From contig DXOL01000057.1 in the NCBI GenBank assembly GCA_019412825.1, positions 9,100-73,099 on the forward strand: a stretch of DNA of 64,000 bases. Direction: 5' to 3'. Numbering within the stretch: the first letter of the stretch is position 1; every line of letters begins with the position of its first letter. Positions 10,901 to 19,629 of this stretch are shown piece after piece. Source of the DNA: Bacteroides thetaiotaomicron (lineage in GTDB: Bacteria; Bacteroidota; Bacteroidia; Bacteroidales; Bacteroidaceae). Position numbers and translations under genes: made by a program. The notes under the pieces were generated by a model that did no database searches, was not told the DNA's origin, and saw only the letters and a program-made list of their open reading frames with translations.

Positions 10901-11952
10901 CCTGCTCCCGCTATCCCCGACAGATAGGCGGGTGAATAGTAATCGAAACGCTTGGTCTGCTTGGACATATAGTTGATCCCCCCCAAGTTCGTCAATACCC
11001 ACAGAGCACCTTCCGCGTCCCACATCATGCCGTTAACGGTCTGGTCGCTCAGGCTTCTCGGATCAGCCGGATTATCTGCACGGAGGAAGGTTTTCGACTC
11101 GCGGTTGAATAGATAGAGTCCATTATCGGTTCCTACCAGCAGTTCATTTTCTGTATATTTCAGCAGGCTGCGAACCGCACCGAAGTTCAATGAAGGAGCC
11201 ACGTAATTTTCAATCGTTCCGGTTTGCTGGTTCAGTTTCCCCAACAAATTGTTGCCTGCTCCCAGCCATACTTCTCCCTCTACGTCCAGTACACAATTGA
11301 TTTTGTAACTATCCGGTGAGTTCACGTCCGATGAGACTCGGTACGATTGCAGGAATTTGCCGTTTTCATCGAAGCAAAGCAGCCCTTCCTGTAGTGAAGA
11401 AGCATAGACTTTCTTCTTATCATGGCTCTGACAGACATCCCAGACAAAGGAGGTCTGAATACTATTCTGAGTCAATACTTCGGTCTTGGGATCATAAATA
11501 AAAAGTCCCTGCCCCAAGGTGGCAATCCAGAGAAGTCCGTTCTCCGTCTTTATAATCTTCTTGATTTCACTGCTGACGTATACGCCATACTGAGTAGTCT
11601 TGTCAAAATAGGAGAAACGGTCCGTTGCCCGGTCATAGATATACAGTCCGGAGTTCGTTCCAACCCATATATTCTGATCTTCTTCAATCAGTGCCTCAAC
11701 GAAATTGTTCTCCAATGAGAATTTATCGTTCAATACATTCCGATAAACTTTATTGCCCCGACCGTCGTAACGGTTCAGTCCGTCACTGGTGCCCAGCCAG
11801 ATAAATCCATAGCTATCCTGTATAGCACACCATACCGTATTATGTGACAAGCCATCTTCCACCTGATATTTCTTGAAGGAGAAATAGGGAGATGCAGACA
11901 ATGGTTCGAGCCAGAAGGCCAGTAAAAGTATCAGTATCTTTGTTAACTTCAT
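7915..11952 (-). CDS. Hybrid two-component system protein: periplasmic beta-propeller/Y_Y_Y sensor, histidine kinase, receiver and AraC-type HTH.
   Basis: 1345-aa ORF. Motifs seen: signal peptide, one TM segment (FAYFIYTLLLLGWIVWIAW), H-box HEIRTPL, ATPase G-boxes (DDGRGV, GTGIGLA), receiver (LLVEDN...DVIVSDVMMPEMNG...LTAK) and a C-terminal AraC HTH (SSSYFAKCFKAQYGVLPKEY). Confidence 0.95.
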   Translation of the reverse strand: MKLTKILILLLAFWLEPLSASPYFSFKKYQVEDGLSHNTVWCAIQDSYGFIWLGTSDGLNRYDGRGNKVYRNVLNDKFSLENNFVEALIEEDQNIWVGTNSGLYIYDRATDRFSYFDKTTQYGVYVSSEIKKIIKTENGLLWIATLGQGLFIYDPKTEVLTQNSIQTSFVWDVCQSHDKKKVYASSLQEGLLCFDENGKFLQSYRVSSDVNSPDSYKINCVLDVEGEVWLGAGNNLLGKLNQQTGTIENYVAPSLNFGAVRSLLKYTENELLVGTDNGLYLFNRESKTFLRADNPADPRSLSDQTVNGMMWDAEGALWVLTNLGGINYMSKQTKRFDYYSPAYLSGIAGAGEVVGPFCENKDGNIWIGTQSGLYFFNTVTRELSEYHIGGVKSQKYDIRSLMLDGDCLWIGTYAEGIRVLNLHTGSIKEYTHSRGIPNTICSNDVLCMYKDRKGEIFVGTSWGLCRYNPDADNFMTITSIGSMISVGDIYEDMYNNLWIATANSGVFSYNTLSGHWKHFQHEREDSTTITSNSVITVFEDNKGVMWFGTNGGGLCSFDPKTEAFVEFDSALPNKVIYSIEQDQTGDFWISSNAGILKINPISKAHFRQFTINDGLQGNQFMARSSLRSSEGKLYFGGINGFNVFQPERFVDNAYIPPVYVTGIRLPYLNDEQEVKKLLQLGKPLYMADKITLSYENNSFTIRFVALSYEDPARNRYSYILKGVDKEWITNSENNSASYTNLPPGEYEFEVRGSNNDHQWNEKTTTLRVVITPPWWRSSFAYFIYTLLLLGWIVWIAWRWNLRVKHKYKRRMEKYQIAKEQEVYKSKIGFFINLVHEIRTPLSLIRLPLEKLQEIEHEGKEAKYLSVIDKNVSYLLGITNQLLDFQKMENGALQLNLVSCDIKEIVNDVYSQFTSPAELKGIELVLTVPDQELVSMVDREKLSKILVNLMGNAIKYARARIDLKLVTTDGGYEIYVSDDGRGVPDAQKGKIFEAFYQMPDDKVATATGTGIGLAFAKSLAEAHQGSLRLEDNEPQGSSFILSLPLNEKKVEEAADIVEVHSENEGSAENIPSEFSGKKFTVLLVEDNVELLNLTRDSLVAWFRVLKAPNGRAALEILEQESVDVIVSDVMMPEMNGLELCSKVKSEIDYSHIPVILLTAKTTLESKVEGLECGADVYIEKPFSIKQLHKQIENLLRLRQSFHKLMASLSGNANQVSAELAMTQRDCEFVAKIQEVIADQLADENFSIDTLAEQMNMSRSNFYRKIKALSGMSPNDYLKALRMNKAAELIQGGTRISEVAAQVGFTSSSYFAKCFKAQYGVLPKEYVNQSSASETAAESAPDADSTV

Positions 11953-11975
11953 ACCAAGTGTGTCTTATGTTTAGA

Positions 11976-13283
11976 TTAACGATTCAACCAGGGTTCCGGA
12001 TTCAACTTTTCTTTCTCTCTGCGTAACTGGAAATGCAGTACCGTTCGTCCGTTATCCGCGCCATCAGAGAATATTTGTCCGATAGACTGCTTTGTGCTCA
12101 CCGTATCGCCGGATTTCACCGAAGCGGAAGACAGATTACAGTAAACGGAAATATAATTACCATGCCGGATGAGGACGTTAAATAGCCCGTTCAACTGGAA
12201 CACGGCTGCTACCTTACCATCAAAGATGGCACGGGCTTGTGCTCCCGGCTTTCCTTGAATATCAATTCCTTTATTGTCCAACTTCACATTACGGAGTCCT
12301 TCAACGGAATACTGTCCATAGCGACTGGTTATGATATAAGGTCCGGATATAGGCATCGGAAGTTTTCCACGATTGGCAACAAAGCTACCGGACAGTTCAC
12401 GATCTGCCTTACTCATCGTAAAAGCGTCTAATGGCTCCGACTTCGGTTTGGCAGCCGTTCCGGTTTCGGAGGAGCCTTTGTCTTTTGTGTCCACCTTCTT
12501 GCGGGCTGCCGCTTCGCGGCGCGCTTCTTCCGCAGCATGTTTGCGTGCGCGTTCTATTTCTTCTGCGATCAACCTATCGATACGGGCATTCAGTTGATTG
12601 GCTTCCCGTCTCTTCTTGTTCACTTCGCTTTGCAGACCTTTCTGTTTCTTTTGCAGATTAGCCACCAGTGTACGTTTCTCTTTCTCCTGAGCTTCCAGTT
12701 TCGCCTTTTCGTTCTCACGTTCTTTCAGCAGTCCTTCTTTGGCGGCTTTCACTTGCTGGCGTTCTGCTTTTTTCTTCCGTATCTGCTCCTGCTTCTTTAA
12801 TATTTCCTCTCCCTGCAGACGCTGGTAGGTGGCATATTCACGCACATAACGCATACGACGGTACGTTTGTCCCAGGTTCTTGGCGGAGAAGATAAACATT
12901 AGTTTCTCTTCAATCGATTTATTCTTATAGAGGTACTGAACAGATGCTTCGTACTTCTTCTTTTTCTCTTTCAGGTCTTTTTCAAGACTGTTCAGCTGGC
13001 GGTTCAATGACACTAATTCGCGCTCGATAGTCTCCACATCGTTATTGATCGAAAGGATATACCGTTTCCGTTCTTCGATCTGTCCCGTCAATGCCGCCAG
13101 TCCGTTCAACTGACTGCCTACGTCCTTCTTTGTATTCTGTAAAATCGACTCCGTCTCGGCGATCTGCTTTTGCAGCGCACCGCGCTTACCTTCCAGCTCA
13201 CGAATCAGCTTGTTCGATTGAGCAGAAAGCGGAATTGCCAGCCAAAGGCTGCTTACCAGAATTACAAAGAGACGTTTTATCAT
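11976..13283 (-). CDS. EnvC-like murein hydrolase activator: coiled coil plus a degenerate LytM/M23 domain.
   Basis: 435-aa ORF with a signal peptide and a long K/E/R-rich coiled coil. The C-terminal LytM fold has NKGIDIQG in place of the HxxxD motif, and only one His in LHFQLR. Confidence 0.8.
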   Translation of the reverse strand: MIKRLFVILVSSLWLAIPLSAQSNKLIRELEGKRGALQKQIAETESILQNTKKDVGSQLNGLAALTGQIEERKRYILSINNDVETIERELVSLNRQLNSLEKDLKEKKKKYEASVQYLYKNKSIEEKLMFIFSAKNLGQTYRRMRYVREYATYQRLQGEEILKKQEQIRKKKAERQQVKAAKEGLLKERENEKAKLEAQEKEKRTLVANLQKKQKGLQSEVNKKRREANQLNARIDRLIAEEIERARKHAAEEARREAAARKKVDTKDKGSSETGTAAKPKSEPLDAFTMSKADRELSGSFVANRGKLPMPISGPYIITSRYGQYSVEGLRNVKLDNKGIDIQGKPGAQARAIFDGKVAAVFQLNGLFNVLIRHGNYISVYCNLSSASVKSGDTVSTKQSIGQIFSDGADNGRTVLHFQLRREKEKLNPEPWLNR

Positions 13284-13861
13284 AATATAGCTACCAGCAT
13301 TTTCATTAATTCTTCCAAAGAAACCTGACGGTATCTGGAAGTAACTTCTGTCGGAGTGATCGAAAGTTCTTTGGTCGAAAAATCATAGAGTTGTACTTTC
13401 GCTTTCTCCAGTTTGGGGATTCCCAGGTCTTTTCCGGATAGTTCAGTCTTTCCTCCGGGTTTAGAAGCGTCAGTCAGCAATTTCTCCAATTGGGAGAACT
13501 CTACGTTCTTCGATAATATTTCTTTCAGTTCTTTTTTGGTTGCGCGTACAAACCGCTTGTTCATCCGGTCGACGAATAATACTTCAGTAGGAGTCACCTC
13601 GATGCGTGCCACTTCCGTGCGGAGGATAGGCATCAACAAGGAAATCTGTACCCGTTCACGGCTCTTCATCTTCATGGTGCCGCCCACCGACATACTTCCG
13701 CCTTTACTCGGAATCGTCAGCTGAAGTCTGGAAGCCAGATAGCTGGGAATAGCAGCTTCGGAAGCAGTAACTTCCGGAACCTTTGTCGCCGTCAGACGCT
13801 TTGAACTCTTACAACCTACCAATACGACTGCAATCAACAAAAAATAAGCGATTCTTTTCAT
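13280..13861 (-). CDS. Small lipoprotein; DUF4292/LolB-like assignment is tentative.
   Basis: 193-aa ORF with a lipobox (VLVGCKSS). It overlaps both neighbouring genes by 4 bp, which implies operon coupling. Confidence 0.7.
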   Translation of the reverse strand: MKRIAYFLLIAVVLVGCKSSKRLTATKVPEVTASEAAIPSYLASRLQLTIPSKGGSMSVGGTMKMKSRERVQISLLMPILRTEVARIEVTPTEVLFVDRMNKRFVRATKKELKEILSKNVEFSQLEKLLTDASKPGGKTELSGKDLGIPKLEKAKVQLYDFSTKELSITPTEVTSRYRQVSLEELMKMLVAIL

Positions 13862-15612
13862 TCTGCAATGTATTTTTTCTTTTCTATTTTCTGTTTCAAT
13901 GTTTTCGACTCACTGCCCATTTCCAGTGCTTTCTTCCAGTAGGTAAGCGCGCCGTCCACATCTCCGGTCATATAATAGATATCTCCGCAATGTTCTACAA
14001 TCACATCACTCTTATCGCCGCCCTCACTTTTCATGGCGTTATCGATGTAAATGCGAGCTTCCGCATAGTTCCCCTTTTCAAAGAGAATCCAGGCATACGT
14101 ATCCAGATAAGTGGCATTATTTGGCTCAGCCTTTACGGTCTTGTAGCTCATTTCTTCCGCTTTATCCAGATCACGACGTTCTACTGACAAGTAATAGGCG
14201 TAGTTGTTCAGTGCGCCAATGTTGGACGGATTGTAGACCAGTGCCGAGTCATAGGCAGCATAAGCCTCCTTCATCTGCTTCTGCGTATGGTACATATCCC
14301 CCAGAATAGAGTAGAAATCCGAGACGATTTCTTTCTTACTGTCAGCCGTCGTATGTTCCAGCGCTCTCTTGCAGATGCTTATCACACTATCCGGTTGCTC
14401 CGCCTGATTATAGGCAATAGCCAGATAATAATAAAATTCCAGCGCATCCGGAGTCGCTTCAATACCCGGCTCGCAGACTTTGATAATCTGCTTATAATCT
14501 TCTTTTTTTACCGCAGCACCGATCAGCATCATACGGGCAGCTTTATTGGTAGGGTCCAGGTCAACCACCTGTTCCAAGACGGGAACTGACTCCGCCTCCA
14601 TATTCTTGGACAACAGATATTGCGCATAAAGCATCGGAATCTGAGGATCATCCTGTTCCTGCTTCATGATCCGGTCAAACAAAGCGATGATCTGCGTACT
14701 GTCCTTATCGGCCTGTTCATTTTCCACAATCATCTGACGCATGACGCCCACTTTGGTGTCAGGAGTCACCTTCTTATTCAGCAACAGCGTATCCAGCTGC
14801 TGTTGGTAGAGTTCTTCCTGCCCCGTCTGTTTATAGTAAGAAGCCATCGAGAAGATAGCCATCGGATTATCGGGTTCCGCAGCCAGCACCTTCTGATAAA
14901 CGTCATAAGCCTCCTGCTTCTTGCCATTCTGAAGATATACGTCCCCCAAAATGACCTGATAACGCATATCCATCGGATATTCCTGTACCAGACTTTCTAT
15001 TTCCTGAAAAGCTTTCTTGTCATCCTTCATCTGAAGGTAAATACGAAACTTCTCCATGGACAACTGTTCATTCTTGCCCATGTGCTTTTCAAGACGGTTT
15101 AAAGTAGAGATGACTTTATCATACTTTTCCTGTCGGCCATACAGGTCCAAAAGGTTGAAAAGCGGGTCCTGCTTGGCAGGGAAACGTACCACCATCTGTT
15201 CCAACAGAGTGATAGCCTTATCCAGTTCGTTCTGCTGCTGATACAAAGATGCCAGCCCCTGACTATACCAGTAGTTATCCGGCGCATTCGCCACAGCCTT
15301 TTCCAGCGCCTCTTGCCCTTGCGGCACCTGACGGAGGAACATATAATACTGCGAAACCTCATAAAGCGCAGAAGCCGCATTCGGATGAATATCCAGACAA
15401 TGCTGCAATAATCCGAAAGCAGACGCATAATCCTTCTTTTCTTTCAGGCGCATAGCTTCCAGAAAGAAATAATCATATTTCCGCTGCTGTTCGGGCGTTA
15501 GCGAAGACTGCGCCAAAGCGACAGCTGGCTTTTCCCTTGTACTTTTCACCGTTCCGCACGAAACCAATGTCCATACAGCAACCAAAAGCCATATACTATT
15601 TTTCTTGTTCAT
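13858..15612 (-). CDS. Tetratricopeptide-repeat lipoprotein.
   Basis: 584-aa ORF with a lipobox (TLVSCGT). TPR-like A/Y/L periodicity runs throughout (for example YYMFLRQ...ALEKAV, ALNNYAYYL). Confidence 0.85.
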   Translation of the reverse strand: MNKKNSIWLLVAVWTLVSCGTVKSTREKPAVALAQSSLTPEQQRKYDYFFLEAMRLKEKKDYASAFGLLQHCLDIHPNAASALYEVSQYYMFLRQVPQGQEALEKAVANAPDNYWYSQGLASLYQQQNELDKAITLLEQMVVRFPAKQDPLFNLLDLYGRQEKYDKVISTLNRLEKHMGKNEQLSMEKFRIYLQMKDDKKAFQEIESLVQEYPMDMRYQVILGDVYLQNGKKQEAYDVYQKVLAAEPDNPMAIFSMASYYKQTGQEELYQQQLDTLLLNKKVTPDTKVGVMRQMIVENEQADKDSTQIIALFDRIMKQEQDDPQIPMLYAQYLLSKNMEAESVPVLEQVVDLDPTNKAARMMLIGAAVKKEDYKQIIKVCEPGIEATPDALEFYYYLAIAYNQAEQPDSVISICKRALEHTTADSKKEIVSDFYSILGDMYHTQKQMKEAYAAYDSALVYNPSNIGALNNYAYYLSVERRDLDKAEEMSYKTVKAEPNNATYLDTYAWILFEKGNYAEARIYIDNAMKSEGGDKSDVIVEHCGDIYYMTGDVDGALTYWKKALEMGSESKTLKQKIEKKKYIAE

Positions 15613-15630
15613 TTTCTCTTTTTATGTTAC

Positions 15631-16065
15631 TTATCCTCGTCCTGTATGTCCGAAGCCCCCTGCTCCGCGTTCTGTTTCATCCAGCACTTCCACTTCCTGC
15701 CATACTGCCTGCTCATGTCTTGCGATCACCATCTGGGCAATACGTTCCCCGTCCTCGATCACAAAAGGTTCGGAAGAAAGGTTGACCAGAATAATACAGA
15801 CTTCTCCACGATAGTCCGCATCAATCGTTCCCGGAGAGTTGAGCACGGTAATACCCTTTTTGATGGCCAGTCCGCTACGGGGACGAACCTGAGCTTCAAA
15901 TCCTTGTGGAAGAGCAATATAGATTCCTGTCGGCACCAGGCAACGCTGCAATGGCGCCAATGTGATAGGTTCAGAAAGATTTGCACGGATATCCATTCCT
16001 GCAGATAACTCAGTGGCGTAAGCCGGAAGCGGATGCTTCGATTTATTGATAACTTGAACGTTCAT
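15631..16065 (-). CDS. dut: dUTP diphosphatase.
   Basis: dUTPase motifs are present: [36 protein letters not shown]. The start is placed at MNVQVINK (ATG at 16065) rather than the upstream in-frame Met. Confidence 0.93.
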   Translation of the reverse strand: MNVQVINKSKHPLPAYATELSAGMDIRANLSEPITLAPLQRCLVPTGIYIALPQGFEAQVRPRSGLAIKKGITVLNSPGTIDADYRGEVCIILVNLSSEPFVIEDGERIAQMVIARHEQAVWQEVEVLDETERGAGGFGHTGRG

Positions 16066-16121
16066 AAATGCACATTTACTATTTAACGGGCGAAAATACA
16101 CATTTTGAACTGAAAATTAGT

Positions 16122-16129
16122 TAAGTTTG
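16122..16129 (+). promoter_or_regulatory. Bacteroides-type -7 promoter box (TAAGTTTG) for the dGTPase gene.
   Basis: Exact match to TAnnTTTG, 61 bp upstream of the ATG at 16190. It overlaps the TTG start used by the ORF track. Confidence 0.45.
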
Positions 16130-16189
16130 CAGTTAAATAATGTGGTAACAACCAATTTGCAAATTGTAATCAGCGAAATAGTAAATAAA

Positions 16190-17542
16190 ATGATGAATTG
16201 GAAGCAACTAATATCAGCCAAACGCTTCGGAATGGAAGAGTTTCACGAAGAACGGCAAGAGAACCGCTCAGAGTTCCAACGGGACTATGACCGCCTCATA
16301 TTTTCCGCACCGTTCCGCCGCCTGCAGAACAAAACACAGGTATTCCCGCTGCCCGGTAGTATTTTCGTACACAACCGACTGACGCACAGCCTCGAAGTAT
16401 CTTGCGTAGGACGGTCTTTGGGCAACGATGTAGCCAAAGCAATCCTAGAACGCCAACCGGAACTGGAAAGTTCCTTCCTGCCGGAAATCGGTTCAATCGT
16501 ATCGGCCGCTTGCCTGGCGCATGACTTAGGCAATCCGCCTTTCGGACATTCCGGCGAACGGGCTATCTCTACGTTCTTTTCTGAAGGGAAAGGACAAAGG
16601 CTACAGGAAAAGCAGCCGGACGGAGAGCAACTTTCTCCGATGGAATGGGAAGATTTGACACATTTCGAAGGAAATGCGAACGCTTTCCGCATCCTCACTC
16701 ACCAGTTCGAAGGACGCCGCAGAGGAGGATTCGTCTTAACGTATTCAACGCTTGCCTCCATCGTAAAATATCCCTTTTCATCGAGCCTTGCCGGCAAGAA
16801 ATCTAAATTCGGCTTCTTTGTCAGTGAAGAAGAAAGCTACCGTAAAATCGCAAATGAACTGGGACTCATCCAGCTTAGCGAACATCCGTTAAAGTATGCG
16901 CGACACCCGCTAGTGTATCTGGTGGAAGCAGCAGATGACATCTGTTATCAGATGATGGATATCGAAGACGCCCATAAACTAAAGATTATCACTACAGACG
17001 AGACCAAGGAGCTGTTGATGGCGTTTTTCTCCGAAGATCGGCAATCCCGCCTCCGAAGTACCTTCCAAATCGTCAACGATATCAATGAGCAGATAGCTTA
17101 TCTGCGTTCTTCCGTTATCGGCCTGTTAGTCCGCGAGTGTACCCGCGTCTTTCTGGAACACGAGCAGGAAATACTGGCAGGAACTTTCGAAGGAGCACTC
17201 ATCAAGCATATCTCCGAAGGTCCGGCAGCTGCTTACAATCATTGTGCGGAAATATCACTGAAAAGAATCTATCGTTCGCAAGATGTACTGGACATCGAGC
17301 TGGCAGGCTTCCGTATCATCAGCACTTTGCTGGAATTGATGGTGGACGCAGTCACCCTACCGGGAAAAGAAAAGGCTTACTCCGAGCTTTTAACCAACCG
17401 CGTTTCCGACCAATACAATATAAAATCGCCCGTACTCTACGAAAGAATACAGGCGGTACTTGATTATATATCTGGAATGACCGATGTCTTCGCGCTCGAT
17501 CTCTACCGGAAAATTAACGGCAACAGCCTTCCTGCGGTGTAA
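16190..17542 (+). CDS. dgt: dGTP triphosphohydrolase-like HD-domain protein.
   Basis: Motifs: FQRDYDRLIFSAPFRRLQNKTQV, NRLTHSLEV, AHDLGNPPFGHSGE, YLVEAADDICY. The start is set at the ATG at 16190. Confidence 0.9.
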   Translation: MMNWKQLISAKRFGMEEFHEERQENRSEFQRDYDRLIFSAPFRRLQNKTQVFPLPGSIFVHNRLTHSLEVSCVGRSLGNDVAKAILERQPELESSFLPEIGSIVSAACLAHDLGNPPFGHSGERAISTFFSEGKGQRLQEKQPDGEQLSPMEWEDLTHFEGNANAFRILTHQFEGRRRGGFVLTYSTLASIVKYPFSSSLAGKKSKFGFFVSEEESYRKIANELGLIQLSEHPLKYARHPLVYLVEAADDICYQMMDIEDAHKLKIITTDETKELLMAFFSEDRQSRLRSTFQIVNDINEQIAYLRSSVIGLLVRECTRVFLEHEQEILAGTFEGALIKHISEGPAAAYNHCAEISLKRIYRSQDVLDIELAGFRIISTLLELMVDAVTLPGKEKAYSELLTNRVSDQYNIKSPVLYERIQAVLDYISGMTDVFALDLYRKINGNSLPAV

Positions 17543-18527
17543 CTACCTTAGGAGTAAACACCCCTTCGCTCTCACAAGGCATTTTCAGCGCATCCGGATG
17601 ACTTTCTATAAACGTCTGGATGTGCCGGATTCGCTTGTCTTCGAGGATTTCATCTACAGCAATCAGGATACCCGTCTCTTCCACATCACCAAACTCATAG
17701 TTGATAGCCGTCCCGAACATACGCATGGTAGGGCTTAAGCTCATATAGGCATTGACCAGCGGCGGGATATTATAACCTAGCTTGCGAATCTCCGTATTCA
17801 ATATCTTATAATCCTCTTTAAAGGTATCCTTGCAGAACAATGTTCTCAGTTCTTCATCGGAAGTTTCCAGAATCAGCGGTTCCATCGGTGTTACCAGCTC
17901 TTCCCGGTCATTAAAATGTTTCTTGAGGAAGTACAGAATCATGTCGCGTCCACGACGATGATAGCTGGGATACATGGTCACCTTGCCAAAGAAGTACTTC
18001 ACATTCGGCATCACCACTGTCAGCGCTCCCAATCCGTCCCACAGATTATCCAAAGCGAACAGCCCTTTACTGCCGGCACGTGTAGACTGATATTCCAGCG
18101 TCACAAAAGAACGCCCCAGCTCAATGGTCTGAGGCAGATATTCCTTAATAAACGCATCCGAGAAATGAAACATATGAGAAGTAGCCAGAATCGGAGCCCC
18201 CGCTTCGTCAAAGCGCACATCCGTTCCAAGCAAATACCGGTAACCACCTAATATTTCTTCCGCTTCCGGATTCCATACGATCAACTGCTTATATGGGTGT
18301 TCCATCGTGTCGTATTCGTCGATATCCATCGACAGGCCCGTTCCTCCACCCGCAGCACGAAAGGCTATTTCCCTCAAACGACCAATTTCACGCATCACAT
18401 TAGGTGCATTCTGATGGGTAATAATATAAATCTGATTATTACTTTTATTGGTCATTCGCAAGCGTCTATCTTCCGTCAATTCCGCTTTCAGCAGTTCTTT
18501 GCTTACCGGTTTAATAATCTCTTCCAT
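17514..18527 (-). CDS. glsB: GNAT/hemolysin-like N-acyltransferase (OlsB/GlsB-type N-acyl amino-acid synthase).
   Basis: 337-aa ORF directly upstream of a lysophospholipid-acyltransferase-like gene, the arrangement described for Bacteroides glycine-lipid synthesis. Block LREIAFRAAGGGTG...DEYD is present. Confidence 0.7.
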   Translation of the reverse strand: MEEIIKPVSKELLKAELTEDRRLRMTNKSNNQIYIITHQNAPNVMREIGRLREIAFRAAGGGTGLSMDIDEYDTMEHPYKQLIVWNPEAEEILGGYRYLLGTDVRFDEAGAPILATSHMFHFSDAFIKEYLPQTIELGRSFVTLEYQSTRAGSKGLFALDNLWDGLGALTVVMPNVKYFFGKVTMYPSYHRRGRDMILYFLKKHFNDREELVTPMEPLILETSDEELRTLFCKDTFKEDYKILNTEIRKLGYNIPPLVNAYMSLSPTMRMFGTAINYEFGDVEETGILIAVDEILEDKRIRHIQTFIESHPDALKMPCESEGVFTPKVVTPQEGCCR

Positions 18528-18551
18528 ATTCTTGTTATAGTGTTCTATCAG

Positions 18552-19370
18552 TTACAGTTTATATACAATGTCCTTTACATACTCCGCCCACTGCGCAGGA
18601 GTCTTCGATTTATCGAAAGTCTGCCAGGGAATCGGTTTGCCAAAAGTAACAGTAAAGGTTTTGTGACGGTTCTTAAACATCTCGTCCGCCAGATACAGCA
18701 TAGCGATATTGAATTTAATACCCAGTGCCTTACAAACATTCGCCAGATTGTAGAAGAAATCAGAGTTTCTGCCGCCAAAATGTACGGGAACTACGTCTCG
18801 CTTCGCCTGTATGCTTTTTATAATAAAGGTCTTCTTCCATTCGAGGTCACGGATCACGCCGTTCTGACGCCGAGAGCAAAGCCCCGCAGGAAACATGATC
18901 ATCTGGTCATCGGACTGGAATCCGGCTTCCACCATCCTCGGGAAATCCTTCGCCTGCTTTCCCGTCTTGTTAATAGGGACACAAAGCGGAGCCAAACCGC
19001 GCAGGTTCATCAGCAGGTCATTCACCAGATACTTTACTTTCCCGTTATAATGGCGTCCCAGCACATAGCCGAGTGCTACTCCATCCTGTCCTCCCAACGG
19101 GTGATTGGATACAAACGTATACAATCCGTCTTTGGGCAGGTTCTCAGCACCTTTCACCTCCACCTTCGCATCAAGGAACTCCATGCATGCCTCAAGGAAA
19201 TCCACTCCCAGTTTATCTTTCGATTCATTCAGGAACACATTAATCTCGTCCTGATGAACTATTTTCTTCAGATAAGAAACCACAAACTTAGGGATGTACT
19301 TATATTGCTTCGGAGCTTTCGTCCGAAGTATCTTATCGACATCGATTAAAAATAAAGAGTCATCAGTCAT
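18552..19370 (-). CDS. glsA: Lysophospholipid (PlsC-type) O-acyltransferase, GlsA-like.
   Basis: PlsC-family motifs: acyltransferase motif I is NHPLGGQDG, plus MFPAGLCSRR. The start is chosen at MTDDSLF (19370) rather than the upstream ORF-track start. Confidence 0.7.
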   Translation of the reverse strand: MTDDSLFLIDVDKILRTKAPKQYKYIPKFVVSYLKKIVHQDEINVFLNESKDKLGVDFLEACMEFLDAKVEVKGAENLPKDGLYTFVSNHPLGGQDGVALGYVLGRHYNGKVKYLVNDLLMNLRGLAPLCVPINKTGKQAKDFPRMVEAGFQSDDQMIMFPAGLCSRRQNGVIRDLEWKKTFIIKSIQAKRDVVPVHFGGRNSDFFYNLANVCKALGIKFNIAMLYLADEMFKNRHKTFTVTFGKPIPWQTFDKSKTPAQWAEYVKDIVYKL

Positions 19371-19629
19371 TCTTTTCAAATAAAAATGATGCCACAAAAT
19401 TAACGGTTCTTTTTTATTAATCGCAATAATTTGGCAGAAAATGCAGGATTTAAGTTTGCAACCCGAAAAAAGAACACCCAAAAACTATCAAATATCACCT
19501 AAAAACTATCCGCTGATAGTTTTTCCCCTAAATTTTGTCGGTTCATCCCCTATCGCATTCTACAAAATGCCGTAAACTTGCATCATCAAAAAATACAAAC
19601 GAATATTCACATCTTTAAAAGCAACGTAT

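Noticed and set aside
16127-16189. Upstream TTG starts proposed by the ORF track for the dGTPase gene (16127), the DUF3244-like gene (39536) and the TPR/LuxR regulator gene (37643).
   Set aside because: At 16127 and 39536 the TTG is part of an exact TAnnTTTG -7 promoter box. At 37643 the extension precedes an obvious lipoprotein signal that begins at the ATG at 37706. I used the downstream ATGs.
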